DNA of 64,000 nucleotides from Eledone cirrhosa (Eukaryota): NCBI GenBank assembly GCA_964016885.1, contig OZ024740.1, positions 196,602,001 to 196,666,000 of the forward strand, read 5' to 3'. Shown piece by piece: positions 1 to 13,599 of this stretch (position 1 is its first letter; each line of letters starts with the position of its first letter). The notes under the pieces were generated by a model. It saw only the letters and a program-made list of their open reading frames with translations, ran no database searches and was not told where the DNA came from. The position numbers and the translations under genes were made by a program.

Positions 1-1496
1 CTAGCCAATCGTCAATGGATGGTAAATTATTTTTTGGTACATTGGAGAGCCTGTATGTTTTCTTAACATCAAGCTTGCCAAGGCTGAAAATCCTCGAAGA
101 AGAACAAGAAAAACTATTGACTTCAACGGTATTAACATTAAAAAGACTCTCAGATACCCGCTGGTTTAGTCACATTCAGGCTGTAGAGGCTACCATTAAC
201 AACTTACCGGCAGTAATAAGTGCACTAGAGAGGATAATAAGTGGGGATGTTCACAACACTGCTCCGAAAGTATTAGCCGAGGCCAGAGGTTTGCTACTAA
301 ATGTGAGCAAGTTTGAATTCATTTTCATGTTGAAGTTTTTTCAGAATTTACTTTAAAAGCTGCATTCTGTTTCACAATATTTGCAGAAGGAGGCTATCGA
401 CTTATATTCCGCGAACGTCATGATTAAAAATGTAGTAAAAGAAATTGAAGAAATCCGCTCAAATGAATATTTTGACCGAACATTATCAGACACTAAAAAT
501 CTCGCCGAGCAATGTCAAGTTGAACCAGAGTTTACAACAGAAAAACGGAAAAGAAAAAAGAAGCGTTTTCATGACGAAAATGCCAGTGACGAACCTCATG
601 AGACGATGAGTCAGCATTTTAAACGGGACGTTTATTTCACTATCCTAGATAGAATCATTCGTAGCTTTAACGAACGTTTTGCCGACTTGCACGGATTTTT
701 CGTGCTTGATACCGGCGCACTTCGACGACGACGACACGTGCAATAAAGAGAGAATCGATAATCTTGCGAAATTCTACGAGGGTGACATCGAAAATGACAC
801 TATCTTCGATGAGTATTTATCATTCAAAGATTTTTACAAGGAAGTGTGTTTAGATAAATCCATATTGAGTTCTGAGATCGTTCCGTTTATGATTTCTAAT
901 GACTTAGATAGAGCCTATCCGAACGTGTTTGCCTTATACAAAATGTTCATAACTATTCCGGTTAGCTCGGCGCAGGCTGAGCGAACCTTCAGCAGGCTCA
1001 AACTGATAAAGAATTATTTGCGTAGTACCATGAGTGAAGAGCGGTTGAATGCTCTGGCAATGATGTACATAGAGCGAGAACTGGCTGAAAAAATTGACTT
1101 CAGCATCGTGATTGAAAAATTTTCTAAAGTAAAACATCGCAAATTAGAACTGTAGTACAAGTGATATGCTCGAATGTGAAAGTAAAGTTTTAGATGGACG
1201 ATTTGTTGCACATACGAATTTTTGTTTGTGAATAATCGATTGCAAGACTAGTTTTACTGGATATTGTTTTTTTTTCTTTTCTGAAGATAGACCACCGTCT
1301 TTGCAGTTAATAAAGTTTTCACGGAACATGCTAACTCTGTAATCTATGATGTAATCTACTCTATTATAAATTATCTATTCTAGACGCCCGTATGAACATA
1401 TTTTCTTGCAGCTGATGGAAATGAGCGTATGGAATTGGTGGGCCCCCTTTAGATCTGATTTTCCCTCCCTGGCTTTAAAAGCTAGTTACGCCACTG
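1..1496 (+). mobile_element. 3' part of a degenerate hAT DNA transposon (ZMYM1-like transposase) including its right terminal inverted repeat
   Basis: The ORFs contain the hAT motifs LKRLSDTRW and the dimerisation domain (ITIPVSSAQAERTFSRLKLIKNYLRSTMSEERLNALAMMYIE). The element ends in CTAGTTACGCCACTG (1482-1496), whose reverse complement is a typical CAGTGGCGTA hAT TIR. Confidence 0.88.
15..1155 (+). pseudogene. hAT transposase C-terminal half, disrupted
   Basis: Three ORF pieces (15-356, 381-746, 679-1155) are joined by an in-frame stop at 354-356 and a frameshift near 700. Confidence 0.85.
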
Positions 1497-2455
1497 ATTG
1501 GGGGGTAGTTATTTCAGTTGCTGTTGACCGTCATATCACACTCCTTATATAGTATAGTGCGAGACTACCTCACACTCCATAGAAATATAACATTGAACTA
1601 CGAGGAACCCAAAGCGGATAGTGACTTAGCTTAGCTTAACTAATATTATGTTATTTGTTTATAGGTCTCAGATTTACACAACTCTATGATTAGAATCATC
1701 AACGTAACTGGTCTTTCTAATTGGTCATTGTCTAGCATACGGTACTCTACTGTTATTTAATTAAATTTTAAAACATTTTTAAACATTCAATTTCAATTTT
1801 TAATTTTTAATCTTTAATATAATTAATTTAACTCCGTTCCCGCACCACCAGCATGATTCAACATCAAAGATGGATGAGTTGCATAGCGTCGAGTGCTTTT
1901 CTCGTATTATGTCATGGTTAACATAGCAGAATGACCAATTCTAACTAGTTGTTGTAACGAATAAGTGGTATTCTTTGTATGGTAGTTTGATGAAAAGAAT
2001 AATGCCATGATTGAGTTGTTAACAACGTTTATTTATTAATAACAATATTCACTTTGACATGAACCATCGCTACATCAAATTGCTAGCTGCTACGAGCTAG
2101 GGTAAATGCATGTATCTCAGAAGACGATGATGTGTTGTGTCTTACAGATATGACAGGAAGACTAAAGAATAGGTGAAGCATAGAATGTAAACAATATGAA
2201 CTTACTATGTGTGTGTGTGCGTGTGTGGGCCTATTCTTAGAATATGTTATTCTCGTAGTAGTAGTGGTCAATCTGTCAGACAGGCATGGCTGGCTGTCTG
2301 GTTGGCTGTGTCGGTGGCCGAGAAGGTAGAAGCCAGTAAGGTCCAGGACAGAGAAAGGGTAAACGGTCTACTGATGCAAAACATCGTTATCACTTGTTGA
2401 CTGCTGCTTCGGGTCTGTCTTTGGATTCCTTAACTCCTTGTATTTATAATAAGTG

Positions 2456-2532
<77 letters not shown>

Positions 2533-3879
2533 ACGAGTTTCTGGCTAGTTTTCATCTATCAACATTGGTCAACCACGAGCTATATTAGAAAAAGACACTT
2601 GCTCAAAGTGCTCCAGACTGGGATCAAATCCGGAACTAAGATGTTGTAAGCTTCTTGACTACACGACCAATGCCCATTTATTGAATTATATTTCCGTTCT
2701 TTCCCTTTTCTTATTAACTCACGCAGACTCAGTTACACGCTATAACAGGGAAAGCTTGTTTCCCTTTAAAAATGTCGAGGCAAGCCAAGATATTCATAAC
2801 ATTGCTGCAGACGATTGCAAGGCTAAGGTGCTGGCAGTATAGCTAAGCAACCTCACGATCATTAACTGGTACATCAGAAAAGAGACGGGTAGTGAGATCA
2901 AGGTGCTCGAATAACCAAGCGACCCGCATGAGCATTACTTGATACTTCAGTAAGGTGAGCTGACAACAATAACAAGAACATCGTCGCTAGCGGCCCAACT
3001 GTCCTGAGCATTTCGAATGTTACAAAGTAAAAAAAAGTTTCGACCGGTAGTTAGTATCAGCAATGGAAAGACCAATAGAAACATTGTTTCCTTCGTCTGA
3101 TTTGACAAGTTCTACCCCTTTCGATAAGTGAATGAGGTATGGGGATCTTGTCAATCGATCCATTATCATTTTATTCCTTCTTTTACAGAATTGTTTCCTT
3201 GGTCCGATTTCACGAGTTCTACCTAACCCGGTAAGCGAATTAGGTCTGGGATCTTGTCGATTGATTAAAAAAAATCTTATTGTTAAATGTCGTTTTTCTT
3301 TAACAGGCAACAGAATGGTTGGCAGTTGCAAAAAGCTAGAACTGTCTATCATCGAGTCATATCCTTTGAAAGAGAACGGTAAGTTAGTTTTCTAAACATT
3401 AAATTTCAAACATTAAATTTCAAACACACTCAACGCTTCGATAATTCATAAGGTTTAATTACATCCAGCTACGTTCTAGTCCTAAGCCGTACAAGTATAG
3501 CAAGATGTATAAGTAAAGCATCCTAAAAAATACAGGAAGAAGTGTTAGTCGCTCCTTAGTGTAATGGTAAATCATTCGCACGATATTCAAGAGATACGTG
3601 GTCAGATTCTCTGTCCACTTTTTTTTCCACCTTTAAAGGTAATTTATCCAATTTTCTCAACTACTATTCATAGTGATCAACTGCTATTAGAAGTAATTTT
3701 CTGCGTTTGGGAATCACACATTTTCAAATTTCAAAATCCCTAACGTTTACACAGAACATTTAGAAACCGCCCGCTTCCCCAAAAAGATTATCTACTATTC
3801 TCATTTACGTCTCTAATGTTGGAACCAAAGTTTCTTTTGCTGTAATTGTTGAAATACCATCTTTATGTCAATGGCACAA

Positions 3880-4837
3880 TCTCTCTATATATAAAATTCT
3901 TTCTCTCTCAGTTTGTCTGTCTTTTCCTTATGCATTCTCAAACGGCTGGACCAAATCAAATTTTATAGTATTAGACCCCGGGATTAATACCATGTAATTT
4001 TTTATTTTCATTTGGATTAAAACAATATAACACTTTATCTAAAATAATCTATATAGACAAAACGGATATTTTATAACACGACAACGACGATGACGTCACA
4101 TTTTGTATATGAGTGTGTGTGTGTTTGTGCGTTCGTTACGTACGTTACGCCTTAGTAACTTATATACACATACATCTTCACGTAAATATTTAATCAGATA
4201 CGCAGAGAATTAAACACACACATACACATATCTACACATACATATTCATAAGTAACGACTGACAAGTGCCTGTGACAGTGACAGTGAGTGATGCAATTTA
4301 TACCTCTTACAATGTTATTATGAAATTTGAATAGTTAATGGTACAGTGTAATCAATATCATGTAACAAATATCACTAACGATCTTCCGATCTGATTAGTT
4401 TAATGATTAAAAAGTAATACTATTACAACACTAGCTGAACGACCCGGCGTTGCCCGGGTTACTGATATTCTTATTCATATTAGTAAACAATAAAGATAAA
4501 GATTTTTTTTTTCTCATAATTATTTCAAAATATCTATATTTTATTTTTAAAATATCAAAATTATAATGATAATAGAATTTAGAAATGAAAAGAAGCCTCT
4601 TAAATTCAAATGAAGCATATGTAGGTATGAGAGGAATTTTTGGAATGAAGACTTTTTTTTCAATATTGTACACAAATAAGTACGAAGAAATTTCTTCATT
4701 GATATTTCATTGATATTTTAAAAATAAAATATAGATATTTTGAAATAATTATGAGAAACAAATATATCTTCATCTTTATTGTTTACTAATGTGAATAAGA
4801 ACATCAGTAACCCGGGAAACGCCGGGTCGTTCAGCTA
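3880..4837. mobile_element. Helitron remnants: 5'-like end, helicase fragment, and two 3' ends in opposite orientation
   Basis: A TCTCTCTATATATAAAA...CTGTC...AACGGCTGGACC start lies at ~3880. The minus-strand peptide VFIPKIPLIPTYASFEFKRL resembles the Helitron Pif1 helicase C-terminus. A hairpin CCCGGG(C/A)AACGCCGGG followed by CTAG occurs at 4431-4458 (-) and 4811-4837 (+). Confidence 0.65.
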
Positions 4838-5002
4838 GTTTTGTAATAGTATTACTTTTTATCCATTAAACTAATCAGATCGGAATATCGTCAGTGATAT
4901 TTGTTACATGATATTGATTACACTGAACTATTAACTATTCAAATTTCATAACGACATTGTAATAGGTATACATTGCATCACTCACTGTCACTGTCACAGG
5001 CA
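4267..5002. repeat. Long inverted repeat (arms ~4267-4557 and ~4711-5002)
   Basis: The arms are clear reverse complements with scattered mismatches. No target-site duplication is seen. Confidence 0.9.
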
Positions 5003-5145
5003 GTCATGAGGGAGTCACCGTAACATTATTGGTAACACCTAGTAAGACCCATACCTCGCCAGGTCTGGACATCTATACTCTAACATATTGAGTAACTTTA
5101 ACTGTAGTCACCTCCCGATATGCATCGGAAATCCACCTGCGTGTG

Positions 5146-5216
<71 letters not shown>

Positions 5217-5416
5217 GATATCCGTCGATAAAAGGCAAAGGAAAACTGGTCCAGCTTGTACAAGAGAGCTTATTTAGTGTATACAATTAACATGTATGCG
5301 TAACATAGTTTTTGGGGTCCAGTTATGGCTACTACTGTATAGTGGAAAAACAGTTCTAAAATTGGCCTCTCTTGTCGGGCGCAAGGACAAAATATAAACT
5401 ATATATATATATATAT

Positions 5417-5495
<79 letters not shown>

Positions 5496-5497
<2 letters not shown>

Positions 5498-5654
5498 CGA
5501 AGGAGTTGTGGTAAGGAACCAGGTGGACCATAACGCACCAAAGTACTCAATACTTTGGGTAGTAGAGTTGGTAATAGGAAAAATGATGACCCCGACGGCA
5601 GAACTCAAGCCGTTTCGACGGCTATTTCTGGACTAAATTAGTATTTAGTCCAGA

Positions 5655-5658
<4 letters not shown>
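5496..5658 (-). mobile_element. Penelope-like terminal repeat fragment carrying the 3' half of a hammerhead, between (TA)n tracts
   Basis: Homologous to 6119-6187, 9455-9500 and 29371-29588. The minus strand reads GAAACGGCTTGAGTTCTGCCGTC-GGGGTC. A 16-bp hairpin lies at 5623-5658. Confidence 0.6.
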
Positions 5659-6123
<465 letters not shown>

Positions 6124-6215
6124 AAGGTGTGGTAAGATACCAGGTGGACCAAACGCACCAGAGTACTCGATACTTAGAGTAGTAAGTATATATATATATA
6201 TTAGTACGGATAAAA

Positions 6216-6266
6216 AGTTTAAGCAAACAATTTCTGCTTTCACCCAAAAGCGGTATCTTCTGAAAA
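6216..6266 (-). ncRNA. Variant type I hammerhead ribozyme motif (CAGAAGA core)
   Basis: The minus strand reads TTTT CAGAAGA TACC gctttt GGGT GAAA GCAGAAATTGTTTGCTT AAAC. Same family as 30087-30137. Confidence 0.45.
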
Positions 6267-6324
6267 TCCCGCTTTAGATTGAAAGCAGAAATTGTTTGCT
6301 TAAACTTTTAATATGTGCTAATTG

Positions 6325-6706
6325 GACGACAAGGTCACTTTAGAAGCTCTCTACGTTCTAGAACCACATCATGAGACTTATGACTGGCAAGCGGCTCAGC
6401 GACCATATCTGTATCAGTGAGCTGCTCAACATTACCAAACTTAAACCAATTTTATCAATTGTCAAGTGAAGAGTACTCAAACTATACGGTCATATAAAAA
6501 GATCAACTCGTCATGTGAGTAGGTTATACCTGGAAAGAAGGTTGGCTGGTAAGAGAAGTAGAGGCCAGCAGCCAACACGATGGCTTGATAATGTCAACTT
6601 ATGGAGTGGACTTGATCTTTGCTCTTTAAACTCTGCTGCTGGTGATCGAACTTTGTGGAGAAAAATATCTCATGTTGATGCACAGTCTGCAACTGGTGGA
6701 GTTTAG
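6325..6706 (+). mobile_element. 3' fragment of an RTE-clade LINE
   Basis: Translation LKLYGHIKRS...LERRLAGKRSRGQQPTRWLDNV matches the RTE RT C-terminal GH...GKRxRGRP..RW motif. Confidence 0.7.
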
Positions 6707-6813
6707 CGAAAAAAGAAGAATATTAAATATTTTCTATACGGGTTTATATATACTTTTATAGATACATATACAACCCTTATCGAGTCCTGTCTGTATTTCA
6801 GTATTTGTATTTG

Positions 6814-6852
<39 letters not shown>

Positions 6853-7694
6853 TATATATATATATATACAATAATAAAACAACCCTCAATTTGTCAACAA
6901 CCTTAATTACCTCCCTTTGTTATTAACCCCCTTTACAACTTCCTGTGTAAATTCATAAAAATTAAGCAGCCTAACGGTTTACCAACAACTTAATAACGGT
7001 TAATACAAACCCTAGAAAAGATAATTTGTAGTTAACACTTTGTATATATACATGGCCTGTAATTCGGTGGAATTTACATTTAACAAACACACACCTATTG
7101 ACTATAAACGACTCAAAATAATTCCATGGTTAATGGATGTGAGTTACAACCAACATATACACATACATAAGAACTACAACACAAAAAGAGTTGAGTGAAA
7201 ATCACCTATCCAATTCAACCACGTATTTTGCATTACATCTCACATAACATATACCTACATTATCACCACGTCTCTCTAACATATAGCACGGTATCTTAAA
7301 CATTTCTAACACTTATAGCATGCTTTAACATCCGACACGAATATGTTTATTTCAGCTGTATTATAACTCTTTCCTCATACATGCCTTATTGATTGTATTG
7401 ACTCCTGCATTGTACACCCATAACATTAACTGTTCTCCAATGTTAAGATATCTTATATCTTATATCTTATGTCTATCCTATCTTACACTTTTCCTTGCTT
7501 ATAACTTTTTTGTCTGTACTTTTTGCTTGTACCTCTTACACTTTCAACCAGTGCTGCCTGTAATCGTGTTCTCTCAAGCATAACATCTTTTTATCTCCTG
7601 ACTCTCCACATGATGTCTACGACACTAACAACACTTATGTATCCTAAATGTTCTGAATGACTAGGATTTTAGTCACATGTTTTGGTATTCCCTA

Positions 7695-7741
7695 TGCTCC
7701 GATGATTCCAGACTTCCCTCTGAAAGAAACAATTGTCAGCA
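7695..7741 (+). ncRNA. Type I hammerhead ribozyme motif (CCGATGA core variant) in a PLE-like terminus
   Basis: TGCT CCGATGA TTCCAGA cttccc TCTGAAA GAAAC AATT GTC AGCA: stem I TGCT/AGCA, palindromic stem III, GUC cleavage triplet. Confidence 0.7.
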
Positions 7742-7837
7742 AATAAATGTTCTAAACTAAAATTTGATCAGTTTAACACTTTGTATATATATATACACTT
7801 TTTAAATTTATATATGTTGTTTTCTTTTCATTAACAG

Positions 7838-7995
7838 GGGATGAGTGCAGCGAGAGTTCTGAATGTGGACCAGGTTTATGCTGTCACCAGACTTTCAGGC
7901 ATCTCAGTTTCTCGTCTCTACGATGTGGAGAAACTGACGGCCCTGTAATCTGCATTGAACAAAGAAGAATGAACAACGACTTTTATCGGAAGTAG
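7838..7995 (+). CDS. Candidate terminal exon of a cysteine-rich (C-C-CC-C-C) peptide gene
   Basis: A polypyrimidine acceptor ttttcttttcattaacAG ends at 7837 (phase 1). The exon reads DECSESSECGPGLCCHQTFRHLSFSSLRCGETDGPVICIEQRRMNNDFYRK* and is a GC-richer island. No upstream exon was identified. Confidence 0.55.
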
Positions 7996-8485
7996 ATTTT
8001 AAAAGCCTGTTAGTGGGTATAGTTTTGAAACGAAACAATGGCAATAATTTTCCTTCGAAATGTTATCTTTCAGCCAAATTTGAAAATGTCTTGAGTTAGG
8101 CTTCATTTCAGTTTAAGCTCCCCTTTCACGACTTTTTACCCTCATAATTTTCTTAATGATGAAGATTTTTAAAATAATGGAATTTAGTAGAAATGTTTTC
8201 CAATGTGTAGATAACGATTATAGTGATGAAATTCTTTACAAACAAAATTCTTTCTTTTCTTTTCTTTCTTTCTTAATTTGGATAAATGATATTACGTTCT
8301 TAGAGAAAATCTATGATATTATCCTGGTTGATAATTAATTAATTATCAACCGTTATTCATTAAGGATGAAAGGCTGAGGTTAACTTTGCTTTTCATCCTT
8401 ACGGGGTCGATAAAATAAAGTACCAGTAATGTACTGGATAATTACTGGCCTTGTTGCAAAAGTAGAAACAATTATTCATTAATAG

Positions 8486-8956
8486 GATACCAACAAAATG
8501 TCCAGTACAAAAACCCCACCGGTCAAAAAACATGAACAAAAACCTCGCCAGACAAAATCCCCACTCCTATCAGACAAGTAAAAAAACCACACAGTAAAAA
8601 AATATAACAGTCAAAGATAAAACAAAATCTATTCATAGTTTTTAATAGTTAACATTACGAAATGTAATTTACCTGGTAAAAACTGTAATAAAACTTTTGT
8701 AGATAAACATTGGAACGTCGAGTGCGTTGAAATGTTTAGAAAATATAGAAAATCTCGACCGCAGGAAGATAGCTGTGAGCGGGAATTTGTGAGATAAGAA
8801 TTTGATTCACTGAAGCGCCGATTTTCAAAGCAGCGTTCACAGCAATATTTTTGTGTTTGAGATTTTTTAAGCATTATAATAAAACTTTATATTCAAATTA
8901 TATTGTTGTTATTTTGTTTTTTTTACTATATCCGGTGGGTTTTTGTCACGGATTCC
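8486..8956. mobile_element. Possible non-autonomous Mutator-like element
   Basis: Imperfect inverted termini (acaaaaaccccaccgg ... ccggtgggtttttgtcacggattcc) and short subterminal CAAAAMCC repeats. Confidence 0.35.
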
Positions 8957-9529
8957 CTCCCATAATAATATGAAATTGGAAAGCTTAATGAACAAATCGG
9001 AGAACATTCAATAATTGAAATCATTAACCTTACAATAATGAAAGTATTTTTAAAAATTGATTTTATTTTAAAAAATGTTATCAACGTTATCATAATCTAC
9101 ATCATGGAAGTAAATGCATTACTGAAAAATTACATTTTAAAATATACATTATTAAAATAGTAATGAGGAAACAAAGTCGGGTGTGGGACATTAAATTGTA
9201 GTTAGGCTTCTAGTTGTTATTAACTTTCTTTCAAACTTACGGTTATTATCATTGTCATTATTGTTGATATTAATATTATCATCATCACCACCGTCATTAT
9301 CAGCACCCATAACATTATTTCAATCAATGCAATAATAAATTTATTTGTTGTTTATTCTTTGTTTCTTTTTGTGTTTTTCCGCCATTTAATCTAACTTTGA
9401 TATGAATATTTTGTGCAAAAGTGTTCTTTTGTTCAATATATATATATGAAACATTCGGGACCCCGACGACTGAGCTCCTGCCGTTTCAACCTGCTTTACA
9501 TATATATATATAAATAACTAAAAAAAAAA

Positions 9530-10243
9530 AAGCTTTATCACTCTACATGGCTGAATACAATAAAAGTAATCTGAGTTTTTCGAATATCAATAACAATATT
9601 CGATTTCTTTGTAATTATGCAAACATCCTATATAAAGCCATGTCAGTAGAATGAGCCCCTCATTTTTGCTCTTGTGTTGGCATATAAACAGAACGACAGC
9701 CACTAATATTTTTGGGTGATTACTCTTCATCAGTACCGTACACTGTTTACCTGCCAACTGTCAGGGCTAGTGAAAATATATATTTTCTAAAATATATAGT
9801 GACTGTATAATTGCAAACAAATCGAATATTATTACTAATATTCTAAAAACTCAGATTACATTTATTGTATTCAGCTATGTAGAGCGATAAAGCTATTTAA
9901 AAAAAGTTATTTGAATATGGCAAAACCGGCCATATGCAAATCTGGCTGATCAGTGGGTCTGCTAATATGAAGATCTGACTGATCAGCCAATCTGCTAATA
10001 TGTAAACCAGGCCGATCAGTCACTGTATATTTTAGAAAATATATATTTTCACTTGCTCTGACAGTTGGCAGGTAAACAGTATACGGTACTGAGGAAGGAT
10101 AATCACCCAGAAACATTAGTGTCTGCCGTTCTGTTTATATGCCAACACAAGAGAAAGAATGAGGTGCTCATTCTATTGACATGGCTTTAAAGAGGCTGTT
10201 TGCATAATTGCAAACAAATCGAATATCATTATTAATATTCGAA
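9530..10243. repeat. Nested inverted duplication (A-B-A'-C-B'-A') with ~39-bp tandem units in C
   Basis: 9530-9620 is inverted at 9806-9895, and ~9580-9805 is inverted at 10017-10243. ctgatcag...ctgctaatatg units lie at 9930-10020. Confidence 0.85.
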
Positions 10244-10437
10244 GGCGGTGGATTGGCAGTATCGGTAGAGGATCGGACACCATGCTTTGACGCATAGAGT
10301 CACGGCTTTTTCCATTCAGAGTTCAAATCCCACCGAGGTTAACTTTGTCTTTCATCCTTACGGGATCGATAAAATAAAGAACCAGTAATGCACTGGGTAA
10401 TTGCTGGCCTTGTGCCAAAAGTAGAAACAATTATTAA
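10244..10437 (+). mobile_element. tRNA-derived SINE (abundant cephalopod-type family)
   Basis: A-box-like TGGCAGTATCGG, B-box GAGTTCAAATCCC, and tail ...GGCCTTGTGCCAAAAGTAGAAACAATTATT. More than 10 copies occur in the window. Confidence 0.85.
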
Positions 10438-10461
10438 TATTCGATAAACTCCGATTACATT

Positions 10462-10591
<130 letters not shown>

Positions 10592-10899
10592 CCCGTGTGT
10601 GTATATATGCCAAATCTTTGCATATAGCCGAAAGCAAAATATGGAATTAAGCAATTAAGTTAACAATGAATGAACAAGGAGAGAAAGAAAGTGAAGAAAG
10701 TGCGCGACACGCGTTTTGATTTATGGAAACACTACAAAAAATAACATTTGTGTAATATTTTTTTTGTATATTTCGTTAGATTTCCATTAAATCTTGTTGT
10801 TGTTTCTGAAAGATAACTGAAAATTGATGCAGCGAATCCCCATTCAACGAAAATTAGACTCAACTTAGATCCATCATTAACAGAAAAATTAAAATTTTT

Positions 10900-11892
10900 T
10901 AGATAAATAATATTGACTTTGGAAGCTGCAAGCTTTGGAAGAAGGTCGCATAAAACTATGAAAAAGCAGCTACAAAGGGTGAATGAAGGTGAAGAGAAGT
11001 GACAAGAAAGACTTCAAAAATCAAGAAAAGCAACAACGAAATATAGGCAAAATGAATCAGAAGAAGAAAGATCAAAAAGGCTTGCTGATGATAGGAAAAG
11101 GAAAGTATTAATTCGTCAAGATGAATTAGACGTATGAAACTACAGCACAAAACAGAGAGGATGAATCAGCTGCACAAAGATCATCAAGACTTTAACTACA
11201 AAGAATAAGAAGTACACAGAATAGACAGGATAAACGGACATCATCAAGACAATAAATAGAGAGAAAGACAGCTCAAAAACGGCATGAAGAAACTGAAGCT
11301 CAAACAACTAAAAGGTAATGAGAACATAGAGCAAGAACGGAAGATTTACGATTTGAAAAGGTTACCGAGTGGAACTTTGCGGCTTTTAGTTACAACCCAC
11401 ATCAAGACTGTGCTTCAGAACTTTGAATTTAAATTTCCTCAATGAACAAGATTTGTCCAAATTATGGTGTTGAAAAATGGAATGGTGAGTCAACTAGATT
11501 GTGCTGTTCAAAAGATGAAGTTGAAACTATTACCTGAACCACTAGAACCCTTGAGGGGAGTACTAATTGGTACAACGACTGAATCAAGACACTTTCTTCA
11601 AAATATCCAGAAGTACAATAATGTATTCTAAATGACATCATTTGGTGTAAGTGTCATCTGTGAAGGTGGCTTCATTCCCACTTTCAAGATCCAAAGGCAA
11701 GTTCACCATAGAATTGGACCACTTCAGTCATTTGCAGAAGAACCAAAATATTTACAACTGTATTTTATCAGGGATATGAAAAACCAAGCACAGACAAGAT
11801 ATGAAAAGAATAAAGAAACAAAGTATGAAATCATATTGAAGCCACAAGATATGTTACATAGAAGAAACAGCTATATTAGAAATATGCCCTAG
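10900..11892 (+). mobile_element. Degenerate Helitron Rep/helicase N-terminal region
   Basis: Translation ...CCSK...LPEPLEPL...SRHFLQNIQKYNNVF*MTSFG...GFIPTFKIQRQVHHRIGPL...PKYLQLYF matches the conserved Helitron Rep N-terminal motifs. Confidence 0.8.
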
Positions 11893-12059
11893 AAAATGCA
11901 CCCTGGTCAAGATGGTTGAGTAACATCCATGAGCTTGGCTGGTCACGCTTGGGGGTCCAGCCGTATTGGTTGTAGACGGTTGTTTCTGACAGGACCCGTT
12001 GGAAGGAGTGTTTGAGGACTCTACCCCCACGACCCTCTCATGAATAAGTGGGCGAAGAA

Positions 12060-12092
<33 letters not shown>

Positions 12093-12979
12093 TTGAAACA
12101 ATGAAATAAAAAATCAAGTCATTAGAGATATACTTCACTGCTTTACGATCGTTTCTAGATGATGATAATACATTGTAGCTATACTCCGTTATTGATCTAT
12201 GTAAGGTTAGTTACAAAATATCAGATAAAGAGAATATTTACTTACACGCATATCACCAGCTGTTTTCAAAAGCAATAATAATTTTATTCAGAATTAGTAG
12301 TATGTTAGTATCATATCCTTATTTGGAGGTAGTTGAAGAACTAACGAATCAAATTGTTTTTTTTTTCATATGGTGTTAAGATGAAAAGTAATACCCTTTG
12401 AAAGAAATGGTTGAATGGTGTTAATAGTAGAATTGGCATAAAAATCTATTAGGAGGAAAGGGATTGTCAAACTGATAGTTGAATGTATCTGGTATAGTGA
12501 AGTTAAAAAGAATGTCAAAATAAATGGTGATTAGTGTTGTATTGAGTTTTTAGGTGAATATAAATTAAGGTTATAACTAGGAAAGATAGTATATTAAAAG
12601 ATGAAAATTATAAGATAATGAAATACAGTAATGCGATAATATATAACATAACCAACACAATATAGTACGGTGTGGTAAATTGCATTTAGTATAATATAGC
12701 ATATGATACGCTCTAAAATACTATCAAGTATGTTTATGCATAAATAATCAAACTCAGATAAATACATGTTGGCATATTTAAAACACATAGATTTAATAGA
12801 TTACAAAGTGCATATATTCACACTACATATAGAGAGAGGTACAGTTATATTGATATCCAACCAAAAGTATACATACGCACAATAAATGCAAACCTAAATA
12901 CACATTTACACATATGCACATAATCATATACACACATATCCATATATATCTATATCCACACATACACACCTATACCCAC

Positions 12980-13123
<144 letters not shown>

Positions 13124-13271
13124 ATGTACACTCCTCATACATGTACACACACGCATATATAAACACTCATACACCTATACTCACATATACACACACACAA
13201 ACACACAATATATACATACACACATACACACACACATATACATATATACATACATACATATATACACATAC

Positions 13272-13352
<81 letters not shown>

Positions 13353-13599
13353 AATATATTTCCATATCATACATAGATATATATTTACTCATGCAATTAC
13401 GGGTGGTTGTGTATCATGTTGCCTTTAGTCATTAACGCATAAACCTAAGGCAGCTAAAACATTAAAAGGTAAAAAATAAGCATGAATGCATATAATTAGG
13501 GGAAAGGGGTATAAATGTTACTCTATATAGAATTATAGTAAGTTGCTATTTAGAATATTTAATTAGGTTTATAGTATTTAATTAGGTTTATAGTATTTA

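Noticed and set aside
9930-10020. Short repeated units as a CRISPR-like array
   Set aside because: The context is eukaryotic, there are only ~3 degenerate tandem units, and there are no unique spacers or cas genes.
12140-12900. Possible decayed PLE on the minus strand with a GAAACGATCGTA half-hammerhead
   Set aside because: No CTGANGA partner or convincing protein motif was found by eye.
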